A stretch of 58,236 bases of DNA. Source: Promethearchaeia archaeon (GTDB lineage: Archaea > Asgardarchaeota > Lokiarchaeia > Sigyniarchaeales > SOKP01). The translations under genes and the position numbers were made by a program. The notes beneath the pieces are model-generated. The model saw only the letters and a list, made by a program, of their open reading frames with translations. It did no database searches and was not told where the DNA came from. The DNA lies in contig JAHQWH010000019.1 of assembly GCA_029856105.1 (NCBI GenBank), positions 1 through 58,236 on the forward strand. The letters run 5' to 3'. Shown one piece after another: positions 20,995 through 30,638 of the stretch. Position 1 is the stretch's first letter; each line of letters starts with the position of its first letter.

Positions 20995-22389
20995 ATGGAA
21001 AATCTAAAGAATAATTTTGATGTAATCGTAGTTGGAGCGGGAACAGGAGGCAGTACAGCTGCTAGGTTTGCCGCTGAAAAAGGTTTAAAAGTTTGCCTTA
21101 TCGACAGGAAGGAAAAAAATAAAATCGGTGATAAAATTTGCGGGGACGCTGTTGGAACAGATGTGTTTGATTTTTTAAGTATTAAACATCCAAAAGGAGA
21201 AGAGCTTTCGTGTCGTATCAAAGGCGCAAAATTGTATTCCCCCGACCTAAAAAAATGTATCGATTTAACTGATTCAAAACAAGCGGGTTATATTGTTAAT
21301 AGAATAGAATTTGGGCAAAGACTACTTAACGAAGCGTTAGATGCCGGTGTAGAGCAGTTTATGGATAAAACGATGGTCTTAGATTTATTATATAACAAAA
21401 ATTTTGTTGCTGGAGTAAAAGTAAAGCTAAAAAATGGCGAAAAAATAGATTTAAAATCTAAAATTCTAATTGATGCATCTGGATTTTATTCTCCAATAAG
21501 AAAGAATGTAAAAAGCGATTTAATCGAGAAAGAGATTTTAAAGGAAGATAGCATTCTTTGCTATAGGGAAATTGTAAAATTCTCTCCTCAAGACCTAAGC
21601 GTTAAAGATCCCGAATACATTTCAATATGCTTAAATAGTGAAAAAGCACCGGGAGGATATATTTGGTATTTCCCAAAAAATGAGTCATCAGTCAATATTG
21701 GTTTAGGGATTTTTATGGATTACAAAGGTAAAGTAAAAAACCTATACCAACAAAATGTTTTTAAAGAATATATTAAAACTTCAAAGTTTGAAATTATCTC
21801 TTCTGGAGGAGGCGTAGTGCCCGTTAGAAGGCCTATTTGGTCGTGCGCAGACGATGGTATAATGCTCATTGGAGACGCCGCTTGCCAAGTTAATCCCCTT
21901 CATGGAGGTGGGATTGATCCTTCAATGAGAGGAGGTTTTTTTGCTGCCAACACTGCTTTAGCCGCTATTGAAAAAGAAGATTACTCAATCAACGCATTAT
22001 GGGGCTATAATTATAGCGTAATGACTAGTTTCGGCGCGGAATTTGCCTCATTAGATTTGTTAAGAATGACTCTCCAAGTTCTATCCAACACCGACCTAAA
22101 TTTTGCTTTGCAACAAGATTTACTAAGTGGAGAAGAAATTCTTGAAATCTCTTCAACTGGACGAATTGATTTATCGTTACTTAACTTGGTAACAAAGGCG
22201 TTTAAAGGGCTATCTAAGCCAAATCTATTGTTAGATTTAAATTTCCTTAGAATAAAGATGAACGAAATTTCTAAATTATACAAGAACTTTCCAAATGATA
22301 TTGTAAAATTTGAAGAATGGAAAAGTAAAGTTACACAAGTATATGATAAAATTAAGAAAACGTTAATAAAGACTAAAATAGTAAATTAA
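20995..22389 (+). CDS. Digeranylgeranylglycerophospholipid reductase (geranylgeranyl reductase)
   Basis: GAGTGG, KICGDA, PGGYIWYFP, GDAA..VNPLHGGGI. Confidence 0.9.
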   Translation: MENLKNNFDVIVVGAGTGGSTAARFAAEKGLKVCLIDRKEKNKIGDKICGDAVGTDVFDFLSIKHPKGEELSCRIKGAKLYSPDLKKCIDLTDSKQAGYIVNRIEFGQRLLNEALDAGVEQFMDKTMVLDLLYNKNFVAGVKVKLKNGEKIDLKSKILIDASGFYSPIRKNVKSDLIEKEILKEDSILCYREIVKFSPQDLSVKDPEYISICLNSEKAPGGYIWYFPKNESSVNIGLGIFMDYKGKVKNLYQQNVFKEYIKTSKFEIISSGGGVVPVRRPIWSCADDGIMLIGDAACQVNPLHGGGIDPSMRGGFFAANTALAAIEKEDYSINALWGYNYSVMTSFGAEFASLDLLRMTLQVLSNTDLNFALQQDLLSGEEILEISSTGRIDLSLLNLVTKAFKGLSKPNLLLDLNFLRIKMNEISKLYKNFPNDIVKFEEWKSKVTQVYDKIKKTLIKTKIVN

Positions 22390-22398
22390 TTATAATTA

Positions 22399-23223
22399 GT
22401 GAATTTTATGGTTGATAAATTGACTAAAAATACCCTGAAGACGAGCACTTACGAATATTTAATTAATAAAATAAATAGCGATGGTACCCTTCATTTTTCT
22501 TTAATAGATCCAGATCCCACTAAGCAAAATCCCACCAAAGCAGGAAGAATGGCTCTTTTCGCAGAACAAGCTGGTTCAGATGCCATTCTGATTGGCGGAA
22601 GTACAGTTTTTGACCAGAGGTTTGTTGACGAGACAATATTGGCAATAAAAGAAAAAGTAAGTTTACCAATTATAATTTTTCCAGGAGGTATCGCAAATGT
22701 TTCAAAAGAAGCAGATGCTATTTTATTTATGTCTCTATTAAATTCTGAAGATCCATATTTTATTGTTGGACAACAAGCGCTTGCTTCATATACAGTGAAA
22801 ATGGCTAACCTTGAAATAATCTCCACAGGATATTTAATTGTCGAACCTGGTGGTACAGCAGGATGGATCGGGAAAGCCAAATTACTTCCAAGAGAGAAAC
22901 CTAAATTAACTGCTGCATATTCATTAGCAGCTGAATTTTTTGGCTTTAAACTTATTTATTTAGAAGCAGGGTCCGGTAGTGAAAGACTTCCCACCGAAAT
23001 TATTCGACTTTGTTCAAATATGTTAAGTATTCCAATAATTGTGGGTGGAGGTGTTAGTAGTATAGAAGACGCTAGAAATTTTGTTGAAGCGGGGGCAGAC
23101 ATCATCGTAATGGGAACATTTTTGGAAAACCAAGTATTAAAAGACGATGGGAACTCTTTAAAAGCTATTATTGACGAAATAAAAAAATCTGGTAAAAGCC
23201 GTAAAAATAACTATTTAAAATAA
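22399..23223 (+). CDS. Geranylgeranylglyceryl phosphate synthase (GGGPS, group II type)
   Basis: LIDPD, GGST, LFMSLLNS, YLEAGSG, VGGG. Confidence 0.92.
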   Translation: MNFMVDKLTKNTLKTSTYEYLINKINSDGTLHFSLIDPDPTKQNPTKAGRMALFAEQAGSDAILIGGSTVFDQRFVDETILAIKEKVSLPIIIFPGGIANVSKEADAILFMSLLNSEDPYFIVGQQALASYTVKMANLEIISTGYLIVEPGGTAGWIGKAKLLPREKPKLTAAYSLAAEFFGFKLIYLEAGSGSERLPTEIIRLCSNMLSIPIIVGGGVSSIEDARNFVEAGADIIVMGTFLENQVLKDDGNSLKAIIDEIKKSGKSRKNNYLK

Positions 23224-23245
23224 AAATTTTTAAATTGCTTTTAAT

Positions 23246-24118
23246 ATGAGATTTAAAGACGCTTTCGAAATTATACGGCCTATAAACTGTTTAATGGGGG
23301 CTTTAACAGTAATTATTGGCTTATTAAATACCAGATTAGGAATTCCATTAGATAAGTTATTAATTAATATAATTTTAGGCGTTTTTACATATATTTTTAT
23401 TGCAGGGAGTGGTATGATAATAAATGATATTTACGATATTGAAATAGATAAAATCAATAGACCAGAACGCCCTATTCCAAGAGGTTCAATAAATTTAAAG
23501 CAAGCAAAATTACTCTATTCAATTTTTCTTATTATTGGATTAGCTCTTAGCATTTTCCATAGTATTTTTTTTAATCTAGGTTTATTAAATATCGTGTTAG
23601 CGTCTTTTTTTGGGTTCATTGGATGGGTATACGCAAAATGGGGTAAGAAAAGCGGTTTTTTTGGAAATATGGCAGTTGGTATTTCTTTTTCAATTGGTAT
23701 GATTTATGGAGCGGTATTAAACAGTTCATCTATACCTCCTTACATTTATTTCTTCTTTATAACGGCTTTCTCTCTTTTAATTTCTCGAGAAATTATTAAA
23801 GGTTGTGAAGATATTGAAGGAGATAAAAATCATGGGGTTAAAACATTCGCTATTAAGATTGGAATTAGAAAATCTACCTATATTTCTTTAGTTTTTTCAA
23901 TTACAGCAATATTATTTTTTATATTACCTATTTTTACAAGCATTCTAAATCCAATTCTTTTTATGGTTTTAATGGTTTTTGGTCTAGTTGACGTAATTTA
24001 CGCAATTATTCTAATGCTTACTACGAAATTGGAAATAAAAGATTTTAAAAGGATTAGTTTACTGTTAAAAATTGGAGCATTTCTAGGGTTAATTGCTTTT
24101 CTTTTTGCTAGCATTTAA
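23246..24118 (+). CDS. Digeranylgeranylglyceryl phosphate synthase (UbiA family)
   Basis: IRPIN, NDIYDIEIDKINRPERPIPRG, REIIKGCEDIEGD. Confidence 0.9.
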   Translation: MRFKDAFEIIRPINCLMGALTVIIGLLNTRLGIPLDKLLINIILGVFTYIFIAGSGMIINDIYDIEIDKINRPERPIPRGSINLKQAKLLYSIFLIIGLALSIFHSIFFNLGLLNIVLASFFGFIGWVYAKWGKKSGFFGNMAVGISFSIGMIYGAVLNSSSIPPYIYFFFITAFSLLISREIIKGCEDIEGDKNHGVKTFAIKIGIRKSTYISLVFSITAILFFILPIFTSILNPILFMVLMVFGLVDVIYAIILMLTTKLEIKDFKRISLLLKIGAFLGLIAFLFASI

Positions 24119-24132
24119 TACGCTTATATAAA

Positions 24133-25557
24133 CTATATGCTTTTTAAAAAATCTAATATTCCCTCAAAATCTTTACTAGTAATTAAGGATTTCAACTCTT
24201 GCTTTTTCGCTGAAGTGAGCTTTCCATAGGGGAATGTTTCAATCAATTTTCTCGTTTGATTTAAACCTAAATATTTCCGCGTGTATTCTGCTTTAGAGTA
24301 TTTGTATGTTGTTAAGAATTCGCTGTCTAATTTAAGTCTAAATTGCTCTAAAATAAAATTAAAATAATCTCTTAAGAGAAACTGCTCTTCTATGGAAATA
24401 ATTGGCTCTAAGAAGATTTGGATCGGATGAGTTCTATAGGTTTTATGGGACACGTAAATCGCACGAACATCAAAATCTTCGTTTATTTGCCCTAATCCTA
24501 CTCGTCCATTATAAGAACCAGTATCTACAGTTCTAACATACAAAATATTTGATTCAATTGTTCGCTTTAACTTTTCATTTACTTTAATGTTTAATTTTAC
24601 GTATTGATTGTTCTTGTACTGGTTAGCGTCAATTACTTCGATCTCAAAAGCGCCTTTATTTTGCGAAACTTCTTCTTTCAATAAATAATACTTGACTATT
24701 AATGGATTGGTCGCTTTATAACTCTCTAAAAATTCGTCAAATTTGGAACCTGCTCTGTATTTATATTTTGGGTTTAAATTGTAAACCAACTTCAAAATAT
24801 CATTTTGTTTTTTGGCCTTTAACCCCGTAAATGTCTGAGGTTCATCTTGGGGAACATTTTTCTTCTTAAAAAAGCCAATACAAATATTTGAACCTGTATG
24901 TTCAAAGATTTTTGTTTCAAGAATTATCATTTTAAGAATATTATAATATTTTAAAAAGTCTAAACGAAATTTATTAGAAACAGATGCGCCATATAAAAAG
25001 TTAGTAGGAATTACGTAAATCAAATTCTCAACATTGTTACGTAAGTCATTAATCATAGCGATTTGATATAAATCTTGATACCCCTTATTTTCTTCTTTAA
25101 AATATTGAAGAAACTTTTGGGTTTCGTAGTGCTTCCTAATATAACCTAAATATAGGTATGGTGGATTGGTAATGTGAAAAATAGGAAACTTTTTTCTTTT
25201 TAAAATTTGAGGAAAGCTTTCAAGATTATCACGTTTTTTTATATTATTTTCTGCGATTTGCTTAGGAATTCCATATTCCTCAGCGTTATAAATGCACTTT
25301 TGAACCATATCTTTCTGAGTATCAAACAAAAAAATATGACCTCGGAAAAAACTTTCTCGCTTATCATAGGGGATTTCGTTTAAAATTGGTAAAATTAAAT
25401 TACCCTCACCTGCGTATAGATCAACCCATAAGTAATTTTCTAATAGATCTTTAATTTCAGGAAAAATGTATTTATTGAATATTTCAACTGAAGTTAAATG
25501 AATACCGAATTTTCGCCTTTTTGTTTTTTCCTTGGAATTTCTTGAATTATTATACAT
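24133..25557 (-). CDS. Orphan N-6 adenine DNA methyltransferase
   Basis: FGIHLT (motif X), DLYAGEG (motif I), TNPPY (motif IV). Confidence 0.82.
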   Translation of the reverse strand: MYNNSRNSKEKTKRRKFGIHLTSVEIFNKYIFPEIKDLLENYLWVDLYAGEGNLILPILNEIPYDKRESFFRGHIFLFDTQKDMVQKCIYNAEEYGIPKQIAENNIKKRDNLESFPQILKRKKFPIFHITNPPYLYLGYIRKHYETQKFLQYFKEENKGYQDLYQIAMINDLRNNVENLIYVIPTNFLYGASVSNKFRLDFLKYYNILKMIILETKIFEHTGSNICIGFFKKKNVPQDEPQTFTGLKAKKQNDILKLVYNLNPKYKYRAGSKFDEFLESYKATNPLIVKYYLLKEEVSQNKGAFEIEVIDANQYKNNQYVKLNIKVNEKLKRTIESNILYVRTVDTGSYNGRVGLGQINEDFDVRAIYVSHKTYRTHPIQIFLEPIISIEEQFLLRDYFNFILEQFRLKLDSEFLTTYKYSKAEYTRKYLGLNQTRKLIETFPYGKLTSAKKQELKSLITSKDFEGILDFLKSI

Positions 25558-25754
25558 TTTCTGTTATTCTAATCTTGTTCTTATGTAGTCATAGACCTAA
25601 TTTTTAACATTCAATGTGTTCTTACATCTTGATACGAAGTGATATTTAAAATTGGTCTCCGTTTTTTTTAATAGAATATTATTATTATTAGTTATTATTA
25701 GAATATTGAAATTTTATCTAATAAAAATGTGATTAAATAATAAAGTGGATAATA

Positions 25755-26966
25755 ATGAGTGATTCTGAGAATAAACTTGTAAAAAATTACATTGCTCAAG
25801 TTAAACAGAAACTTCCAGAATGGTTGAAATGGAAAGAAGAAGAATTAAAAAACATATTAAACGATTTAGAACAGCAACTTTATAACGAGGCAAGAGCAAT
25901 TTCTGGAGGAGAATCATTAACTGACGCAGATATACAAGAAGCGATCATCCGAATGGGGACTCCTGAAAGCATAGCAAAATTATATAAACGTCGGGGTACA
26001 CCAAGGTTCTACATTACACAAGAACTCATCGAGTTTTATTTAAGAACTTTGTTTTTTTTCTTTGGTGTTGTGTTTTTTGTCAATGTTTTAGGCGCAGTTT
26101 TTCAGTTCTTTTTTAAGAATTGGTGGGAAATATTGGGAGGGATGCTAAATGGAATCTGGATTGGATGCTTAATCTCCGCAATTGTAATTACAATAGTATT
26201 CGTTTATTTTTCTATGGAAGGTTTCTTACCCGAAGATTTTGGAATAATTCCCAAGCGTTTGGCTATACTTTTCCCTTTCAATTTTAACGAAGAACAATTG
26301 GAAGAATCGAAAATATATACCAAACAAAAAATACAAGAAGCTAAAGTACTTCGAGAAGAAAAAATGGTAGCAGCTAAACATCGTGTAAAAGAGAAGATAA
26401 TTGAAATGAAAGCCATAGAAAAAGAGAAGTTAGCAACGGCTAAAGTACTTCGAAAACAAAAAGTGGAAGAAGCTAAGCTAAAAAGAGAAATCGGTAAAAC
26501 ACAACCGGTCACTATAGGAGAACTAATATTTGGAACCTTAGCTGGAATAATTTTTGGTTTAATTCTAATAATCCAACCGTTTGCGGTTGCGGGATTAATG
26601 CAACAAGCTTTTCTAGATTGGCTTAAGATGATGGGATTTTTAATTTTTGTAAGTGGTTTATTTAGTCTAGTTCGCCTTGTAATTGGCGTTAGTAATTACA
26701 CGGGACAACAAGTCTTTTTGGTATTTGGAGCCATCTATAATTTAGCTTATATTCCTTTATTCGTGCTACTTATAAACCAACCAGAGATATTCCCGATTTC
26801 TCTGTTTTCAGGAGGTAATATTACAGCTATACCAACCGATCCAACAAACATCATCTTCATCGTTTACTTCTGGGTTATTATTGCAATAATTTTAGGAACT
26901 ATAGGCGGAATGATTGGAAATTTCTTTAAAGTAGGAAAATATTCAAAATTAAAAAGGGCCTATTAA
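25755..26966 (+). CDS. HAAS-domain membrane protein (PadR-associated), paralog of 27862-28908
   Basis: YIAQVKQKLP...ILNDLEQQL...AIIRMGTPESIA N-terminal domain followed by TM segments. Confidence 0.75.
   Translation: MSDSENKLVKNYIAQVKQKLPEWLKWKEEELKNILNDLEQQLYNEARAISGGESLTDADIQEAIIRMGTPESIAKLYKRRGTPRFYITQELIEFYLRTLFFFFGVVFFVNVLGAVFQFFFKNWWEILGGMLNGIWIGCLISAIVITIVFVYFSMEGFLPEDFGIIPKRLAILFPFNFNEEQLEESKIYTKQKIQEAKVLREEKMVAAKHRVKEKIIEMKAIEKEKLATAKVLRKQKVEEAKLKREIGKTQPVTIGELIFGTLAGIIFGLILIIQPFAVAGLMQQAFLDWLKMMGFLIFVSGLFSLVRLVIGVSNYTGQQVFLVFGAIYNLAYIPLFVLLINQPEIFPISLFSGGNITAIPTDPTNIIFIVYFWVIIAIILGTIGGMIGNFFKVGKYSKLKRAY
26292..26489 (+). repeat. Six tandem 11-residue (33-bp) protein repeats inside the HAAS membrane protein
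   Basis: EQLEESKIYTK/QKIQEAKVLRE/EKMVAAKHRVK/EKIIEMKAIEK/EKLATAKVLRK/QKVEEAKLKRE. Confidence 0.75.
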
Positions 26967-27041
26967 AGCCTTACTTATATTTCTTTTTTTTTAATTTTAT
27001 TTTTAGGTAATATTAAACACAAATACAAATTATAAAAGTAA

Positions 27042-27788
27042 ATGAGTAAGTTTAATTTATTATTTTTGAAGATTAAGCGTCTTTTTAACCGATTTTTAAA
27101 TCAAAAATTAATTAAAATATGTATTTATATAAGTTTATTAACTTTTTTACCTGGACTTCTTATTGGGGCGCTAATCGCGTTTTTTTTTGGTCCAGAAAGT
27201 TATAACATAATTGACAATTACATTAGTGATTTAGGGTCAATTCGTTACACTCCCGCTCCTTTCATTTTAGACGCTATCGCAATGACAACTGCTTGCTTTC
27301 TCGTACCAGTCTTTTTCTACATAACAAAAATAATAGTTTCAGATACAAAAAATATTATTTTAGATTCAAATAAGTCTATTTTTAAAAGAATTTTTTGTAT
27401 ATACATCGATTTACACGCGTTTTTTGGTTTACTTTCGCTTCTCTTTGGAGCAGTCGGATTGTTTGGGATAGGATTATTTAGCGAGGACCGAACTACTGAG
27501 TTAGGATTACATTTTACTTTTTCAATTATAATATTCGCAGGATTAGCTTTTGGAGCGTTATTTAATGGCATAGTTATCCTATTAAAGTTAAAAAAAACAA
27601 TGTTTCCGAGACTTTTAGGGCTCTATATGATGGTAGGCCCATTCATAGCAAGTGTTTTGTTTTTATTTCCACCGAATTCAGTGACAAGACCCTTTCTTGA
27701 ATGGATGATGCTTCTTACAGCTTTTCTTTGGTTAATCCCTGAATCGTTTCTTATATTAAAAAATTTTAAGTTAGCAAAAACACTCTAA
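27042..27788 (+). CDS. DUF998-like membrane protein
   Basis: YNIIDNYISDLG, GIGLFSED..H and EW motifs; multi-TM. Confidence 0.7.
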   Translation: MSKFNLLFLKIKRLFNRFLNQKLIKICIYISLLTFLPGLLIGALIAFFFGPESYNIIDNYISDLGSIRYTPAPFILDAIAMTTACFLVPVFFYITKIIVSDTKNIILDSNKSIFKRIFCIYIDLHAFFGLLSLLFGAVGLFGIGLFSEDRTTELGLHFTFSIIIFAGLAFGALFNGIVILLKLKKTMFPRLLGLYMMVGPFIASVLFLFPPNSVTRPFLEWMMLLTAFLWLIPESFLILKNFKLAKTL

Positions 27789-27861
27789 ATTATCTAAAAT
27801 TCTCAAAAAAAAATAGAATTTAGGGTAAATATAATTAAAAATTAAAAAAAAAGAAGTTGAT

Positions 27862-28908
27862 TTATACTTTATATTTTTGTATTTTGAATATTTTGTACAT
27901 ATCTTCTGCTAGTAATAGTACGGAACCAACAATTATGAGAACTAAAATATTCCTGTAAATGCCATAGAATTCGGGGGCAATTCCTATATTGACAAATGTT
28001 TCAGTGACATCATCCCAATTAAAGAATGGGAAGATTTCAGGTTGATTCATCAAGATTAACATTAATGGTATTGGTGCCAACTTAACGACGATCGTGATGA
28101 TGTGAATAAGTTGGTGGGTACTAGGTTGTCGATTACCAATAATTCCTCTCGAAAGGTCTAACGCACCCTCAGCAGCTATTAAAGCTCCAAAAATGCGAAG
28201 CAATATAAGAAATTGTACATCCATTAAATCTGTAAGAAATGGCTGAAATAGGAACATGCATCCAATTAGTATTAAAAAACCACCACCAATAATTTCACCG
28301 ATTGGTTTTATGAATGGTTTTAACGGTTTACCCGTTTTCTGGGAAATTGGCCAACCTTTCTCCTCAGCAGTTTCAGCTAAAAGTTTCTCCTTCGTTAAGT
28401 CTTTTTTAGATTTAAAATCCTCAGGAAAATAGCCTTCCATCGACAGTAATACGAAAACAATGGATATAATAATAAAAGATACTACTAACCCCCCTTGAAT
28501 AGCCATAATTAGTGAACCAAGAACCTCTAAGAAAGGTTCGCCTCCAAGGATTAAGTCTAAAACTATCTGAGTAACTATATTTATAGCGACTATGACTGAG
28601 AACACTATCAACAAAACTTTCGTGTATAATGGCCACATTTCTTCGGTTATATATACTTTTGGCGTTCCACGGCGCTTATATTCTTTAGCAATACTCTCTG
28701 GAGTTCCCATGTGGGTAATTGCTAACTCCACTGAGCTTTCTATAGGGTGTCCAGTTTCTGACAATTCTTCTGCTTTACTCCAAATGTGTTCTTCAAGTTC
28801 AGCTAGTATATCTTTATGTTCCTTCTTGTCTTTTATCCATTCGGGTAGTTTTGCCTTCACTTCTTTTAAATAATCCTTAATTGTTTTTTCCATAATTTTT
28901 TCACTCAT
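27862..28908 (-). CDS. HAAS-domain membrane protein, co-transcribed with PadR
   Basis: YLKEVKAKLP...ILAELEEHI...AITHMGTPESIAKEY; SMEGYFPEDF and QPEIFP motifs shared with the paralog. Confidence 0.78.
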   Translation of the reverse strand: MSEKIMEKTIKDYLKEVKAKLPEWIKDKKEHKDILAELEEHIWSKAEELSETGHPIESSVELAITHMGTPESIAKEYKRRGTPKVYITEEMWPLYTKVLLIVFSVIVAINIVTQIVLDLILGGEPFLEVLGSLIMAIQGGLVVSFIIISIVFVLLSMEGYFPEDFKSKKDLTKEKLLAETAEEKGWPISQKTGKPLKPFIKPIGEIIGGGFLILIGCMFLFQPFLTDLMDVQFLILLRIFGALIAAEGALDLSRGIIGNRQPSTHQLIHIITIVVKLAPIPLMLILMNQPEIFPFFNWDDVTETFVNIGIAPEFYGIYRNILVLIIVGSVLLLAEDMYKIFKIQKYKV

Positions 28909-28912
28909 ATTT

Positions 28913-29437
28913 TTAACCTCTTGTATTTAATTCTTTTTCTATATTGTGACCGCATACATCACAAAATCGGAGTTCTTCATTATTAAGATCTATTTTATTA
29001 GCACACATTGGACAATAAAGGTACTTATCTTGTTTTAAATTTACTTTTACATCGAATAAAGGCGCTATTGCTTCAGTAAGTTTGGAAAAAAATCCTGATA
29101 GATAATAATATATTTTTTCACCGTATTCGGTTATATAATAAAATTTTCTTTTTCTACCAGTTTCTTCTTTTTTAGATTCGATTATCCCATCAGATTCTAA
29201 CTTTCTAAGAATTGGATATAAAGTACCTTCTACAATGACTAACATGTCATTCGTTTGGTCAGATAAATCTTTTAAGATTTGATAACCATGTGAACCTTCC
29301 TCACCAGCTTGTATAATTATGGATAGTACACAAAGTGAATTTATTCCTCGATTAATCTCAGATTCAATTTTGGATGTATAATCCTGAAATTTTGAATCCA
29401 TACCTTTAACGCTTTTTATCATGTTTTTCAACTCCAT
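28913..29437 (-). CDS. PadR family transcriptional regulator with C-terminal zinc ribbon
   Basis: HGYQI, EGTLYPILRKLE, RKFYYITEYG; CPMC...CDVC. Confidence 0.9.
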   Translation of the reverse strand: MELKNMIKSVKGMDSKFQDYTSKIESEINRGINSLCVLSIIIQAGEEGSHGYQILKDLSDQTNDMLVIVEGTLYPILRKLESDGIIESKKEETGRKRKFYYITEYGEKIYYYLSGFFSKLTEAIAPLFDVKVNLKQDKYLYCPMCANKIDLNNEELRFCDVCGHNIEKELNTRG

Positions 29438-29583
29438 TTATTTTATTTTGTATTGATTTTTTAAAATAGTATTTTATCAATACTGTTTTATATATATTAT
29501 GGGATGAATGATATATAAATCTTTGGACCATCCTTAAATTTCATCAAAAATTGTTGAACAAGTAGTATTAAGCCATGATTTGC

Positions 29584-30444
29584 TTAATTTCTTCTTTTAA
29601 AATATATATCATGAAAAACTACAGCTCCGAACAAACCAAAAAGATCAAAAGTGAACCAGAATATACTAAAGAGAACTAAAATAAAAACGAATTCTTTATA
29701 AATAAGGATTGATTGTATCACTTTTACAATAACATTACTTATTGCTAAGAACCATATTATTTGCTTTCCTTTTAATTTCAACTTAAAAAAATACCAATTT
29801 TTATTAGAGCTATCCAGTAGAAGAAATATATTCACTCCAAGTAACCCTCCTGAAGCTAAACCAATAGGAAAATAATAAATTGTCATGAAACCATAATATA
29901 AAAAAATCCAGCTTAAGATTAGGTTGAATAAACCACCTAAAACAGAACAAGATACAAATAAAAATAATAAAAATTTTGGACCATATTTATTCTCAATAGT
30001 TCTGATATAATAGTAAGAACAAACTAATAATATGATAAAATAAGCTAATTCGATTGGGTTAGAAAAGTAAATAACGAAAATTGAAGTGAATAAAGTCCAT
30101 ATAAATGAATAGGTCTGCATATAGGGATATAAAACTAAAGCAAAGTAGTTAATACACATATAAGATGGATAAAAATAAGCGATTATCGAGGAAATAAGTA
30201 ATATTGTGTATAAAACGAGCGTTCCACTAATAGATCTTTCTCCTCGGACACCTATATCTTTGATTATTCTATATTGTGCCCTAATTCTTTGTTTCTTCTT
30301 AACTTGCTTTTCAAGATATTCAACATCTAACTTACATTCATGATTTTCTGGTAATCGGTGTTTACCACAAAAATGGCCCCCACAATAATTACAATTAAAG
30401 GGCATTATTCCAGCTTCTTCACCACAAAATTCGCAATAAGGCAA
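29584..30444 (-). CDS. AN1-type zinc finger fused to a rhomboid-like domain, probably catalytically inactive
   Basis: CEFC...PFNCNYCGGHFCGKHRLPENHEC; rhomboid scaffold WTLFTSIF, IENKYG, GLASGG; FDLFG where AHLGG is expected. Confidence 0.78.
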   Translation of the reverse strand: MPYCEFCGEEAGIMPFNCNYCGGHFCGKHRLPENHECKLDVEYLEKQVKKKQRIRAQYRIIKDIGVRGERSISGTLVLYTILLISSIIAYFYPSYMCINYFALVLYPYMQTYSFIWTLFTSIFVIYFSNPIELAYFIILLVCSYYYIRTIENKYGPKFLLFLFVSCSVLGGLFNLILSWIFLYYGFMTIYYFPIGLASGGLLGVNIFLLLDSSNKNWYFFKLKLKGKQIIWFLAISNVIVKVIQSILIYKEFVFILVLFSIFWFTFDLFGLFGAVVFHDIYFKRRN

Positions 30445-30638
30445 TAAATTTCTCCAAGGTTAATTTTTGAATAAAATTCAATTTATGTCTTCAATTATAT
30501 TTCGATTTAAATCTATTTAAATCTTAGTGATGTTTTAAATTTTGAAGAAAATCTTATTTAGAGATTAAACTCTAAATCTGAATGCTTTCCTCCACCACCA
30601 AAAGATTAATTTAGGTATATTTTCTTATTTAAAATGAT

